A DNA stretch of 63,570 bases, filler included, from Phoronis australis (taxonomy: Eukaryota; Animalia; Phoronida), in NCBI GenBank assembly GCA_002633005.1. It is 3 parts of 3 records of this genome, joined end to end, with 100 filler letters (N's around TTAATTAATTAA, not from the genome) between each part and the next. Parts side by side here need not be neighbours in the genome. Positions count along the whole stretch, not along the records: positions 7,256 to 34,648 come from NMRA01000268.1; positions 34,749 to 63,570 come from NMRA01000186.1; 1 more part is not named here. One strand, given 5' to 3'. The notes below the pieces were generated by a model. That model worked only from the letters and a program-made list of their open reading frames with translations. It had not been told where the DNA came from and did not search any database. Below are positions 24,491-37,381 of this stretch, in pieces; within the stretch, counting starts at the first letter, position 1; each line of letters starts with the position of its first letter. The position numbers and the translations under genes were made by a program.

Positions 24491-24890
24491 TTTAAAACGC
24501 CTATCAGCATCAAATTCCTATAACGCACAGCCTTGCGCGTTATAGGAATCTCGATTTTTAACGAAATTTCCTTCAAATAATCTTTAAAACGCCTCTCAGC
24601 TACAGATTCCTATAACGCGCTGCCTTGCGCGATATAGAAATCTCGATTTTTAACAAATTTTCCCTCAAATAATCTTTAAAACGCCTATCTGCATCAGATT
24701 CCTATAACGTGCAGCCTTGCGCAATACAAGAATCTCGATTTTTAACGAATTTTCCCTCAGATAATCTTTAAAACGCCTCTCAGCTACAGATTCCTATAAC
24801 CCGCAATCTTGCGCAATATAGGAATCTCGATTTTTGAACGACATTTCCGTAAAAGAGTCTTTAAAACGCCTATCAGCTACAGATTCCCAT
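24491..24890 (+). repeat. 92-bp tandem repeat, ~4.3 copies, each with an internal hairpin
   Basis: Units start at 24491, 24583, 24675, 24767 and 24860. Unit 1 contains ATTCCTATAACGC...GCGTTATAGGAAT. Confidence 0.92.
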
Positions 24891-27800
24891 TTGAGTCCGA
24901 GCAAATAAACAAGACGAGAGAAAACAGAAACTAAAATTATTTCTCTGAAGTCATGTACAGTAAACCGTTTGTGTTTGCGAACAGTCGTTCACAATGGGCA
25001 ACTACGATCGACCCAATTACGTGAATTTTTTTGAAATAATTACTGTACAGATAACTAAAACAACCCATTTGTTTTGTACAGGAAACAAATTTAGCACTAC
25101 AGTAAAAGAAATTCGGCGAAAATTCAGTTTACTTACCCCATACCACGCTTCTGCCGTTGATCCACAAACGGGCGGCCCGTTTGCGGATGACGTCATGAAC
25201 ACACAGTTTGCTTACGTCCTCCCTTTATCGCGCAAGTCAACATAACGCGCAGAACATTTGCACGCATTGAGTTGCCGGCTCATTCGGCAAGATCAGATGA
25301 ACGTGGTATTGTTTCTTTGAGAAATCAACATTGACAGCTAAACAGCGGTGAAATTAAGCTTTAAGTTCTAACATGCTTCTTACAAGGTATGATGTTTCAC
25401 AGATGTCCTGTTAAATGAATTAAGAATGTTGTCATTTTGTAATTACACACAGAGGGTTTACTTTATTTTGACTGAAGCGAGACGTGTGGTGTTTTTCATA
25501 ACTGATTTGATGAAAATGCGTGTATTTTATATCAATAAAAGTTAAATGGTGGTCAGCAATGTTGTTATTCCATAATGTTGCATTCCACTGGTAACTTAAT
25601 ATATTACTTAAACAATGGTACTGTAAGTACCATCGTTCATAAATCCATCATGGATTCAGTACACGTGCCAGCTCAGCTATAGCACCAATCTTCGATAGAC
25701 ATGAATAACATCTCAGCAAAAACTTTCATTTCATTCTTGGACAAACAGTACGGTGGACTTTTTATTTGTTTGAGCCTTCTGAACATACGTTTGAGATTAA
25801 CAAGTGATGACTTGGGACCAGTCTTCAGTCCACCATCGCATCGAAAGCTACATAGGCACCAGTAGCTGCGCCTACCCATACACGGGGGAACGCGACACAT
25901 GGGCTACTGAAACTAACATGTGGTGACAAGTATACTTTAGGCCTACAGGTCTGATACAGTGAGGAACACCAGTCATTTTTCCTTAAGCCTAGACATCATC
26001 TCTAATCTGAGGGAGGAGCAAGGTGACTCCGATTTTACAACAGTAGATCGCCCGAAGCTTTTTTTACCCCTTTAACCTCCATTTTGTAAGCAGTTGATTG
26101 ATAGCCAACGATTTAGTTATCAGTGTAAAAATTCGTGTTCGGTAAACGGGTCTAATCAATTCAATTTACAGGTAGTCATTTCTATTGATTCTAATTTTGC
26201 TGACACTGGAAATAGCTGCATGGGCTATCCCGACGATGGCACTGAAAATAACAAAGGTAGTCTGTCAGTTTGCGTTGGCAGCTATGACAAATCACCGTAA
26301 TATATAAAATGCTTCATGCAAACTACGTTCTGTATGTCAGTTTGTGTTAAGGTATAGTGGAGATATAAGTTTACACAGTTTTCAACTTTCACAACTGTTG
26401 ACGTACGACTTTCGCGAACAGTTAGTAGTGTATGATTGCGTGCTTCGCCTGTAATGTATGCCGATTTTTCTCGATGGCGTGCGTAATCTAGTGTTTTCCC
26501 AGAGTTTCTCAAGACATTCAAGAATAATTTCAAGACCGCCCCTTAACTCGGACCAACTGCAGAACTAATTCCGAAAACAAGCGTATGCGCCTAAGTTATG
26601 CAATTAGGCTCAGCGTCACTATTAGGCGCATGCGCTCCATTGCAGGGTAAAACGATAACTTTCTTGGGAAAAGGTGGCGTTTCTGGTCGGAACAAAGCCC
26701 TACAAAAGGTAAGGACACCGTTTTCACGAAAGATCCGTTCAAATTGGCACGTTTTCCCGAACCCTCTCTCTAAATAGGTGGGAGTGCTAATTTGTCCATG
26801 GGCACCCGTCAAAAATATAGTCTTGTACTTACTTGCCCATTTGTTAAGACTCTTTTTCAGCTTAACTGAAAACCTTACGCTTCAAGAAGAGATACCATTG
26901 AAAATGAGTACATGTTTTGCCGGTTTTAAAACGTAGAAATTATCAAAACTCGCTGTAGATTTAGTAGATTTGAAAAAACCTTTTTTATTGAATTTTAGGC
27001 TGTCAAGAGGTGAATTCTTTCATAGGGAAGCTGAAATCTTTTCTTAGGGAATCTAGTCGTAAAAATTTCCCCTTCTGAGCGGTACGCCCCTCATACTTCT
27101 ACGGTAGTATCTCCCGGCGAGTTTTATCAGTAGTTAAATTCAGAACTGTGTTTTGAATGCTGGGGGTATCACCTTTCAAATCGGAATAAAAATTTTCACT
27201 GCCATAATAACTTAAATTTCAATGCTCATTTGGGATTGAAGGATGAACTGCAATTGAATTGAAGCAGTCAAACTTCGATTATGATTTTCTAAAATTTTTT
27301 CATTGACTCGTAAATGTGTTGGATATGCGTAGCGACAACGGAAATGGCGTCCCAATGGCTAAGGAGTATGTAGAGGTAAGTGGTTCACTTTGGTTTTTAA
27401 TTTCTCCGGACACTACCACTAGATGCAGAAATTTAATACTCAACTTTCTTAATTAAACGAGGGTGTCGATGCCATAGTTGGTTATTAATTGCTTGAGACC
27501 ATTTTGCAAGCTCAAAAAATCACTTCTAGTCAGGAATAAGCGACTAGTTAAGACGAATTGTATTGCGGTATGTGGTCTAGATAAAAAATAGTTTCTTCGA
27601 CGGAAGGCGAGTTGGGTTTGCAGCCGTTTTCCAAAAATCAATTTTTGATTTAAATCACTTACTCAAATATAAATCAGCCCATCTTATTCCTTACAATAAA
27701 CGTCGTCCTTTTTGAGTGGCGTACTTTGTAGTACTGTTTCAACCCTGTTACCAGATCTACGGTCAAATACGTTGTCAGATAGTGACCTGCAATTTGGATA

Positions 27801-27901
27801 TTTAGGACAAAAATGAAAGGGAGATAATTTCAGTTACGGACAGTTTATTTATATCCAGTGTACAGGGGTGGCACTGAGTCAGTGAAACTGAAGATGACTG
27901 C

Positions 27902-27936
<35 letters not shown>

Positions 27937-29219
27937 CGCATCTCATTTTGCTCGTCTCTGGTGTTTTTCTTCATTTGGAAAAGGAGAGCAACCGTAAAAA
28001 TCACACGAATGAACATAGTGGGACGTCTATAATGTTTAACATGGCGCTTCTGAGTGCGAACTTCTAAGGCTTTTGGGGCACAACAAGACACCTTACATAA
28101 GCTACGCATATACAACGTATTCAAAGGTAGGGCTGAGGGCCGGTATGGCGTGCTAAAAGCTTGAAGATCGACTCGGATAAGGAGGCACTGAACATTTCTC
28201 ACAGGGATTTGCCTATCAGAACACACGTCAATGGACTCTTCATCCTTTCTTCACTCTGTCAAAAACTGCATGCAAATAAAGAACAGTTTTGAGTCATTTC
28301 ACATCAAAGGCCCTACAGATGAGCACAGAAACTTTGTAATCTCTTGTATTTTTTACCCTTTCCCTCCCAGTGGAAACCAAGCTGAACTAAGAAAAATAAC
28401 GGCAAAAATGCAAATTGCGGCACTTTTCACCCCCAAATCACCACTTCCCTCACTGCCGATGCTCGACTAAAGCCAACACTGGATTACGAAAGCAAATTTC
28501 CTATCAATTCCAAAAATGTGGTCCAAAAGTACTGTCAATCAACTAGTTTTTTTTTGCAAATCTGGCTTGTTTGAGGGCTACCTGAAATTGCGGCCAATTT
28601 CTCAGTTGCTACACAGCAATGCACAATTGCAACAGGGGGCCACCATCTTGAAGAAGAGTGCAGCTGCAGCCGAGAAAGTGGCCTTTTTTCATTCTCGGCA
28701 TGTTCACAAATACAAACAAACCACATTCACTGAGCCTACATGCAATGCCTACCTACAAAATGCACCCAAACTTGGCTTGTCCCAAAATTTTAATATTTTG
28801 GTGTCACCTAAGCTCCGGTGGCTCGTTTTACCACCCACTCACGAGGCGGCGCTTCTCTGCTAGCCTATAGCGACATCTATCCACAATGCTCTTTACTCCA
28901 TGCAGCCACAGCCACAGGTGTGAGTGAAGTTTGCGAAGCCGGGGTCGAGAAACCCGGTTTGACGTGGGCTACACCGTACACGAGAGTTCGTTCCAACGGT
29001 GAGTTGGTGTACTGGCTTACGCGTTTCTGGTTGGGCTAGTATTTAAGGGCTACTGAAGCGGGGCTAACACTAGTTCTTTAATCTTGCACACCAACTCCGA
29101 CATTTTCTTCCGTGCTATCATAGAGGAGCCGCCACTTTCCTAAATTATCTGGTGCAGTTTACCGGCATCTAATTTATTGTCCAGTGCAACAACAACAACA
29201 AAAAATTCAGCGTTGAAAC

Positions 29220-29245
29220 CATAGACATCTTAATTGATGTCTATG
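29220..29245. mobile_element. 26-bp TIR-only remnant with 8-bp TSD (P-superfamily-like)
   Basis: CATAGACATC-TTAATT-GATGTCTATG flanked by GTTGAAAC at 29212-29219 and 29246-29253. Confidence 0.75.
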
Positions 29246-29306
29246 GTTGAAACGCTATTTAATGCCTTCCAACAGTAGAACGGTTGGTGTCGCGAGTACT
29301 TTTGAC

Positions 29307-32300
29307 CACAGGCACTTTTAAGTAGCCCTCGACCATATACTATAATAAGAGAAAGGTACACAACTGACATTCAATATGGCCGTCTACCGGGCACTTCCGG
29401 AATAGCCCAAACATGTCAAATCTGAAAGTAATTTGACTCAAACATTTTATCTGCTACAGCAACGCGTTCATTGCTTCCATTTGTTGACATCGAAACCAAT
29501 AAAAACAATACATTAGCGAGGACAGCATTTTTCAAAAGTTTTTGAAAATGTGCATGTAATATACATCACGAGAAAGCTCTCTACGAGACTAAAAGAACGG
29601 TGCAAAAAATTTTTAAATCGGACTTACGGTTCCGGAGAAAATGGTGTTTTTGTGTCAATTTTTTGGTAAAAATTCTGTCAAATCAAATTTATGAGTTTGA
29701 AATATTATGGTTACAAATCTACGTAACCTAGACAGACATGTTATACATCATTTCAAAGAAAATTTTATGATGAATAATTTGCAAAAAAGAACATTCCGAT
29801 TGGACATTCCTGTGCGAAGATATTGACCTTAGAGTCAACAAAGCCGACGAAGAAAAGTCAGTACGTACAATTTTGTCGTTTCAAATTGGCATAGAATAAC
29901 AATTACTCAAGAAAAAAAAATAAGCTAGTATCATTTAAAGATTTTTCATCAGGGAAGTTGAAATCTGATAATTGGTTGGGCAAATTATTGATATTATTTT
30001 GTGACTTTTTTGTTGACATGCAGTTTGTGACTGACTTAACTTTGTCAAAATGCATTACTTTAAAAAAAATTAAAGATAAACAACATCATTTCAAATATGT
30101 ATTGATGAAAAGTATGATAAACAAAAATTTTAATACAAGCTTCATACAGTAGATAGAAATTAAACATACTTTCCACAACAATGTAACAAAATGTAGACCT
30201 CGTCTTGAGCCATGCAGGAAAGTTCATGCTGTGCAAACGACAACTGCAATATTTATTTCCAAAGTTGTCTTGATATGAACCCATAAAGGTATGTATGATG
30301 GACAGATAAATAAAGTTCTCAAGGCATCCTCAAGGAAGGAAGGTCAAACCTTTTCACTGATTATTGACAGTGTGGCCTCTTCAAGGGGCCAAACCCTTTC
30401 ACTGACTATCGAAAGTCAGTGGAGTGCCTTACAGACTTATGGCATCCTCAAGGAAGGGGGGCCAAACACTTTCACTAAGTCAGTGGAGTACTTCACAGAG
30501 TTGTATCATCCTCAAGGAAGGGGGCTGTTAAGTCAGTGGAATATACACAATATGGAGCACCGCTCCAGCACTTCGAGGTCCTCTTGACCACCAAAATCGT
30601 CCATCACCCGAAAGGTGCGCACAGCCTCATCTTCATCGTAGTGGGTATTGAGCCAAACTCACTTGTTGACTGCAAGTAGAATCGGTAGAAGCAGGAAAGA
30701 AGAAGGATCTGGACCAAGAGCTAAAGGCAGAGTGATGAGACAGAAATGCGAGACAGGATGATATGTATTATAGTAAACTGACAAATAGGAATGAAAATTA
30801 TAAGAAAAAATGATGAAGAAAATAACAACTGGTTTGGTCCACAGCAATTTCCAACAAAGCCTTACCTGAAAGATATAAGCCAGGCTGAGATATATAACAA
30901 TCTAGACGAACCTCTGAATTGTTTTGTTAAAATTAAATTCATGGTAGAAAAAATATTGATAGCATGTATAGTTTTTCATGGTAGTCAACATAAAGTTTTG
31001 GTTGAAAACACAGCACTGGAGTAGAAATACACAGTTGTAATATTTGTTTACTCTAAAATTAAAATGTTTTCATTTTCTATCTTGACATATGCTGGCTAAA
31101 CTGTCTTGGCCAGTATGGGTGGTCCTGTCTGGCAACAAGTCAGGTCTTAGTGGCCTGACCTACAAAAATGTGAGGCAAAAATAGGAAAAAAGAACCTTAA
31201 ATGAGAGAATCATTGTTCTCACAACGACAAATTACTTTTTGGGTCTCTTTTACATTAACTTTTCAACAGGAAAAGTTGAAATGCTTTAGTTTGGGAACCA
31301 AAAATTCACCGCGGTTCGAAGGAGCACCCCTAGCGGCAGTACCCGGAACTACGAAGTGAGTCAGAAATACGCCCGATTGTCAGAAATCGACGAAGGGCCC
31401 GTTTGCAACAAGTGTTTGAAATAGTTCATTAATGAACCCTTTAGTGCGCAATAGGATTCATTATGTGCGCAAATTAGGAAATGTACCAATTAATTCAGGT
31501 CAAAGTTGAAGGTCGCGGGAACTGGCAACTTTTTCAACTTTTAAGTCAACGAAAGTGAAAAATACTTACGTAATAACGTGCGCAAGGGTTTCTTCTACAA
31601 GTTCACGAAGTTTCACGCCAAAATTCGAGAGTTTAGTCTTTTCCTGAGTTGAAAAACAAATACCAGTTGTTTTTACCGGCGGCCATTTTGCTTTGAAATG
31701 TCGGTCACGTCGCTGCAAAAAACTTGTGCAAAGTATTATTAAACAGATTTTGCGACGAAAAAAAACTAACATTTCAGTAAAATAACGTCTTATTTCATAC
31801 TTTGAAGTAATTTTTTTTCACATTTATCGCATTTTTGAGTGATTTTTTGCCGATTTTAATGTGCAAATTTTACACGGTGACAGATACGCGAAGCGATTTG
31901 GTGACGTATGTTGTCCTCGCTAAATACATACCTCAAGATTTTCCTACTTCAGTCAGTCGCCAACATTCACGGCAAAGCGAAGAGCACAAATAACTTCAAG
32001 TGCTTGGTCTAATGCGCATGCTCATAAGACCCCTCGCGACATCTTCAGAACGCTTACATCAACTAAAAACAGCAACATTACGAACAGAGTAAGCGAAGAG
32101 GCTCTTGACGTTAATTTGCGAATATGTCGTCCAACCTCACATGAGGATGTCAAAAAAACATGGTTGCCTCTGGCCCTGTAAGTCAACTCTTACAGGTTCT
32201 GACGAACGGAAGATAAATTGGAAGGTCCCTTGAACATTTGACCTATTTTTGCTGTACCCAATCAGCGTTCTCCTAGAGTAACATATAAATAATGTTGCTG

Positions 32301-32643
32301 CTTTTAGTTGATGTAAGCGTTCTGAAGATGTCGCGAGGGGTCTTATGAGCATGCGCATTAGACCAAGCACTTGAAGTTATTTGTGCTCTTCGCTTTGCCG
32401 TGAATGTTGGCGATTGAAGTAGGAAAATCTTGAGGTATGTATTGTTTTTATTGGTTTCGATGTCAACAAATGGAAGCAATGTACGTATTGCTGTTGCAGA
32501 TAAAATGTTTGAGTCAAATTACTTTCAGATTTGACATGTTTGGGCTATTTCGGAAATGCCCGGCAGACTGCCATATTGAATGTCAGTTGTGTACCTTTCT
32601 CTTTATTTAGTGTATAGTTGAGGGCTAATCAAAGGTGCCTGTG
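29307..32643. mobile_element. Long-TIR non-autonomous DNA element (~920 bp before interruption), 7-bp TSD
   Basis: Termini CACAGGCAC...GTGCCTGTG and TSD TTTTGAC (29300-29306, 32644-32650). The right TIR 32290-32643 matches the left TIR, which is split into 29307-29513 and 31930-32080. Confidence 0.9.
29514..31922. mobile_element. 2409-bp TIR element nested in the left TIR of the previous element, 7-bp TSD
   Basis: 15-bp TIRs TAGCGAGGACAGCAT/ATGTTGTCCTCGCTA (1 mismatch) and TSD AATACAT (29507-29513, 31923-31929). No intact ORF. Confidence 0.9.
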
Positions 32644-34648
32644 TTTTGACAATGCTACTGCATGGTCATGTAATTGCAAAATTCAAACTTTGGTTGGGAT
32701 TGATTTTGTCGTCTGCTTGCACAATCAATTAACAGCATAGTTACTGGACAGTTTGGGATTCATGGTTCGCATTGGCCTACGGAGAAAACTACGAAAGCGT
32801 ATTTGTACACAAATTCTAAGGAGTACCTGTGAATGCAAAAGATACTTATATAACATTTTTGTTTCAGAAAATTATTAATTTTGTTTGTATTAAAAAATGC
32901 GCGTCTTCAACGATTTCACTAACCTTGCCCTTGGTACAAAGCTGTACATACTAAATACATTTTGACGACAGTCTTCATACAGCTAGCTGGCTGGCTACGA
33001 TTTCACTGGTCTAACCTCCATATGTTTATAATTCAACATTCTCAAGTGATCAGTTCTTTTGGGAAGTGTTAAGTGGCCCTTAAAATGGCCGTTGGTTGCA
33101 TGACAGCGTTTTCCTGTTCAGTGACTTTACCAGAGGTAGGGGGTTCTAAGCCTGTGATAACATCTAGCTTCTTTGTTAACTGCCATGCACACTCTTTTGT
33201 CTGCTACAACAACAAGAAGGCCAATTATCTACTAGGCTTACTGTACAGACCACATGTGAACACAGTCAAACTCAGAGTGAATTGGTGCATTCGGAAAGAA
33301 TAGATTGTCGTAACTTCGGTTGCAGTTGGGCGATTTTGGCGATTCAAAAACTAAACATGATCACCATTTGACGAAGATTTCAGGAATGCTATTGGTTGAT
33401 GTTCAAATATGTTATAACTTAACTTTTGTTTTTAACAGCACAACCCAGTCAGGGTAGATATGATCTCATTGGAGATTTGAGCAATTATCGAACAAAAGAG
33501 AGCTGGCCCTCCAACCATAAATGCCAGAATGGAGTTAATCAGTTGTGTAAGATATTGGCTACAGAGGTAAGCTTCCCAACTTGTTGTTGGGCTATAGAAT
33601 CGAACAAGTTGGGAGCAACGGGAAAACGCTGTAATGGTACTGTGTATGAGCCTTAGGTATGACATGAAATGGTTTTTAAAAGAACCGTTAAATAATTCAA
33701 TATATATCGCACAGTATACCGTGCTCACTCAAGTACTGAAGGTCCTCTTCATTCAAGTTTTCACCAGGGAATATTGGATAAAAACAGAGATGACAATATC
33801 GACGACAGTTGTAACACCTAATTAAATGTTACCGTTCACCAACATTATCATGAACCCTACCTCGTTCAGGTCTTTTCCTGGATCCACAAGTAATCCTGAA
33901 CCATAGGAAAAAAGACCTACAACACAACGAATTAAATTTCGAAAATCATCGCCTTCGTACGATTCCGTGTTGCTGTCGCCAGACTGACTTTCTTCCTCAA
34001 CATCCATGTAGAAAATGGACGTTGCAAGTGATGGAAACATGTGTTCGCTTTCGTCCTTTGTTTCAAACATCTAACCCATTTTTTGAGAAAGGGGTGTACT
34101 GCTTTTGTCTCATGTTGATAGAGCATAAATTTTGGTTTTTACAATTTATACATTAATCGTGTTGAATGCATTTATATTTAGTGCAGTGTTCTCCACGGCC
34201 TGTTTTAACTCAACGCTGTAACGAGTTTGGATTTTGCTGCAACGAGTTTAGAAAGTGCTGCGTCAGGTTTGAACTTTTGTCCTGGCTTGGTATTTCAGCC
34301 CTCAACCCTAAAGCAGTGCCTGATTAACCAACATCAAGCCCAATACAGAACTTTAGAGGCAGTCAACACTATATGTATAACTTCGTAAGACACTACAAAA
34401 TTATAATTAACAAAATCTGCAAAAAACTTTAAATAACAAACATTTCATGGAGTTAGTCGGTGGGCCAGATTTTGTAGGGCCTCTAGAAAATGGTTTTTGT
34501 GAGTACTTTAGGGGGGCAATTTTATTTTGGTGTTTTTTAATTCATTTATTAGAGTGTTTTCAAAATCTAAAAAGTTCCCACACATAAAGTTGCACATTTT
34601 TGAGAAATTTGAGTTTGAAGTTACATAATAATCACCAAAGAGCTTAGT

Positions 34649-34748
34649 NNNNNNNNNNNNNNNNNNNNNNNNNNNNNNNNNNNNNNNNNNNNTTAATTAA
34701 TTAANNNNNNNNNNNNNNNNNNNNNNNNNNNNNNNNNNNNNNNNNNNN
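34649..34748. other. Artificial assembly gap with six-frame-stop linker
   Basis: 44 N + TTAATTAATTAA (34693-34704) + 44 N. Confidence 0.97.
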
Positions 34749-34924
34749 GATAGTTTTAAGTGTAGAGTGTATTTTTGACGAGGTGAAAACTGGAAATCGT
34801 TAACCCAAATCCGGTCACGGCCCGTTTAAAATACACTGGAGTAACGAAATGAGTACAGAAAGCGAATGGAAGTATTGTAGCCCCTACATGGCCAACCGAG
34901 GGGCTACGTGTAGCCTACTAGATG

Positions 34925-35065
34925 GCCCCGCAGGTCTCCTAATGTTGTTTATCCATTTTTCACGAAGTTCTTTGTTTGCAGGGAACACATACAAACTCAG
35001 ATTTTTATCTCTCTTGTTGTTTTTGAAGCAGCCAGGAACACAACAAGTGTATCCGCCGTAAGTTT
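34925..35065 (-). pseudogene. Truncated THAP zinc-finger fragment (DNA-transposon derived)
   Basis: YTCCVPGCFKNNKRDKNLSLYVFPANKELREKWINNIRR has the C..C, FP and W residues of THAP, but the distal C..HF is missing. Confidence 0.75.
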
Positions 35066-36500
35066 TCTTCGCGCTCGTACCGCGTATTACGCTTGTTACT
35101 ATGGCCGCTTTCGGAATCCTGACCACAGCACCCACAATGCACCATTTTAACCTAATTTCAATATGGCGTCGCTGCAAATCCGCGGCTACTGGGTAGATCA
35201 CGACTGTTACAAGAATCGACTAGTGACAACCTGAAAAGAAAAACGAAAGCACTCAATTTGGTACAGGTGAACTCATGAAGGACGTAAACCAGGCAATTCA
35301 AGAACCGGTCTACTATTTATATATTTAATTTTCTTTCTTAATATACATTTAACCAATTACAATTCATCTATGTTGACCGTTTTCATTTCATTGCGTCATA
35401 TATTTGCTACAGTTACGGAAAATAGTTCTTCCCACAGGTCTCTGCTGATGGACACTACACACTTCTGCTAACATTTAAAGTATGAACAGTCGCGAGTTTA
35501 CTGAAGTCTCATTATAAGTACAGAAATGTTGTTGAAGAATAACAGTGACTATCTGAAGACAGGAATACATAACAAAATAAAATATGGAAGCACCAAACAA
35601 AAATCAAAACAACACTTACCTGTTGCAATAACGCCTTAAATGCGAACGTACTGACCGACTTGCATGAACGGAATGTTAGTTGAACATGTTAGTAGAACAA
35701 AACTGTCTCAATGAAATTTTCATGGTTTACAGGTTTAAGAAGATCCACCGTAAATTTCCGTATATAAATCCAGAAGAAACTATGGCCAATTTGCGTATCT
35801 TAAATTTTTTCCTAAAATATACCTAGGATGCATATCTGAGAATAAAAATGCATGCTTGAAATCTAAAAATAATGCTATTGCCACTAGGATATAATTAGGG
35901 TGAGCTGCAGTATTTATACTGTGTTCGTGTATTCGGCATTGCCCTGGTGTATTTTTGCATAAGACGTTTGGTTTCCCCAACTTATATACGGAAATCGCTG
36001 GTAATACTTCCCAAAATTATTTACCCTTGCTGCAAGGCTTCACCTCGGGTAAAAATAGAACAATAATAATTAGCAATGTAACAGTCAACACAATTAAACA
36101 CACTTTCAGCTGAAATGCCTCTAAAACTATATTAAGTAATACAAAAACATGGCCTGTAGTTTAAGATCACGTTTCTTTTTTGTCTCAAAACTATTAACTG
36201 AAGGCGGTAACAGGGACAAGAAGGCAAGGTCCTGTGGAAAGTAGATATCGAACTCCGGGTCGGAAACACTTATCAGGTTCCAAGCCCGTTGCATCGGACT
36301 CCAGGTCCTGTATTCTTGTTAGCCTACCCCTAGGACCACAAGAAGCAACGACTACCAAATCTGATTCAACTGACTTTTCATTTTTCGAAATGATTGGTGG
36401 AGGATTTTCTTAGCCGCAGCAGACAGAGAGTGCCACAGGGTCCCGGTGTCCTTGTCGTGATTCATCTTAATCTCGGGACACTATGGAGTTCAGGGTGTTG

Positions 36501-37381
36501 TACCTCAGACGGTACAGAAAACAAGACCACAAGTACACAGACCAGTGGATGAGCAAGCAAAATTGGGTCGCCGCAAGTTAAATCTTTTTTTAGGTTTACA
36601 TCTGGGGTAAAGCTCGTAACGCTAGAACTTCGCTAAAAAGCAAGAATTCATGAAATTACCTGATGTCTTGTGTTTTTGAATTGAAAGCGTGATTTTGGCT
36701 AGATTTTTGTATTTCCCAAGACAGCTACTGAGGCTCTACCCTAGTCTGCGACCAGGGGCGCAAGGGTGAGAATCTCACGAACACGCTAGACTGAAGACGT
36801 CGAGACGTTTGGTGAGGCATTGCAAACGAAGCTCACGATCACACTATCTTCTTTAGCGAGATTCTTGCATCTGCGATGCTTATCAGAGAGCAACAGACAA
36901 TTTGTAAGGGTAATGAAACGTGGCACCGGCACTTACACAACATAGGACAGGGATGCAATGTCTCTGTAACAATTGCGTGTGCGCCGCGCCCCTTTCTAAG
37001 TGCTGGGCCTTGCACTATGTTTGATTTTTAACCAGCTTTACTTTGGCTCCGTCTCATTCGGCTGTTGCTGTTCACTATCTACACTACTTTGAACGCGTGA
37101 TATCCTACGGACAGACTTAGCTGTGGCCTATTGTGAATGGGGGCCTAAACAANTACCTCAGACGGTACAGGGTGTGAATTAACAAGACCACAAGTACACA
37201 GACCAGTGGATGAGCAAGCAAAATTGGGTTAAATCTTTTTTAGGTTTACATCTGGGGTAAAGCTCGTAACGCTAGAACTTCGATAAAAAGCAAGAATTCA
37301 TGAAAAGAAGTGATGTTTTGTGTTTTTTAATTGAAAGCGTGATTTTGGCTAGATTCTTGCATTTCCCAAGACAGCTACTGA
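36501..37381 (+). repeat. ~230-bp duplication, second copy starting right after a single N (probable haplotype overlap)
   Basis: 36501-36731 matches 37154-37381, with N at 37153. Confidence 0.8.

Noticed and set aside
24491-24890. CRISPR-like array of hairpin repeats
   Set aside because: The whole unit repeats, there are no unique spacers or cas genes, and the context is eukaryotic.
33822-34070. 82-aa acidic ORF on the minus strand
   Set aside because: No recognisable motif or consistent splice partners.
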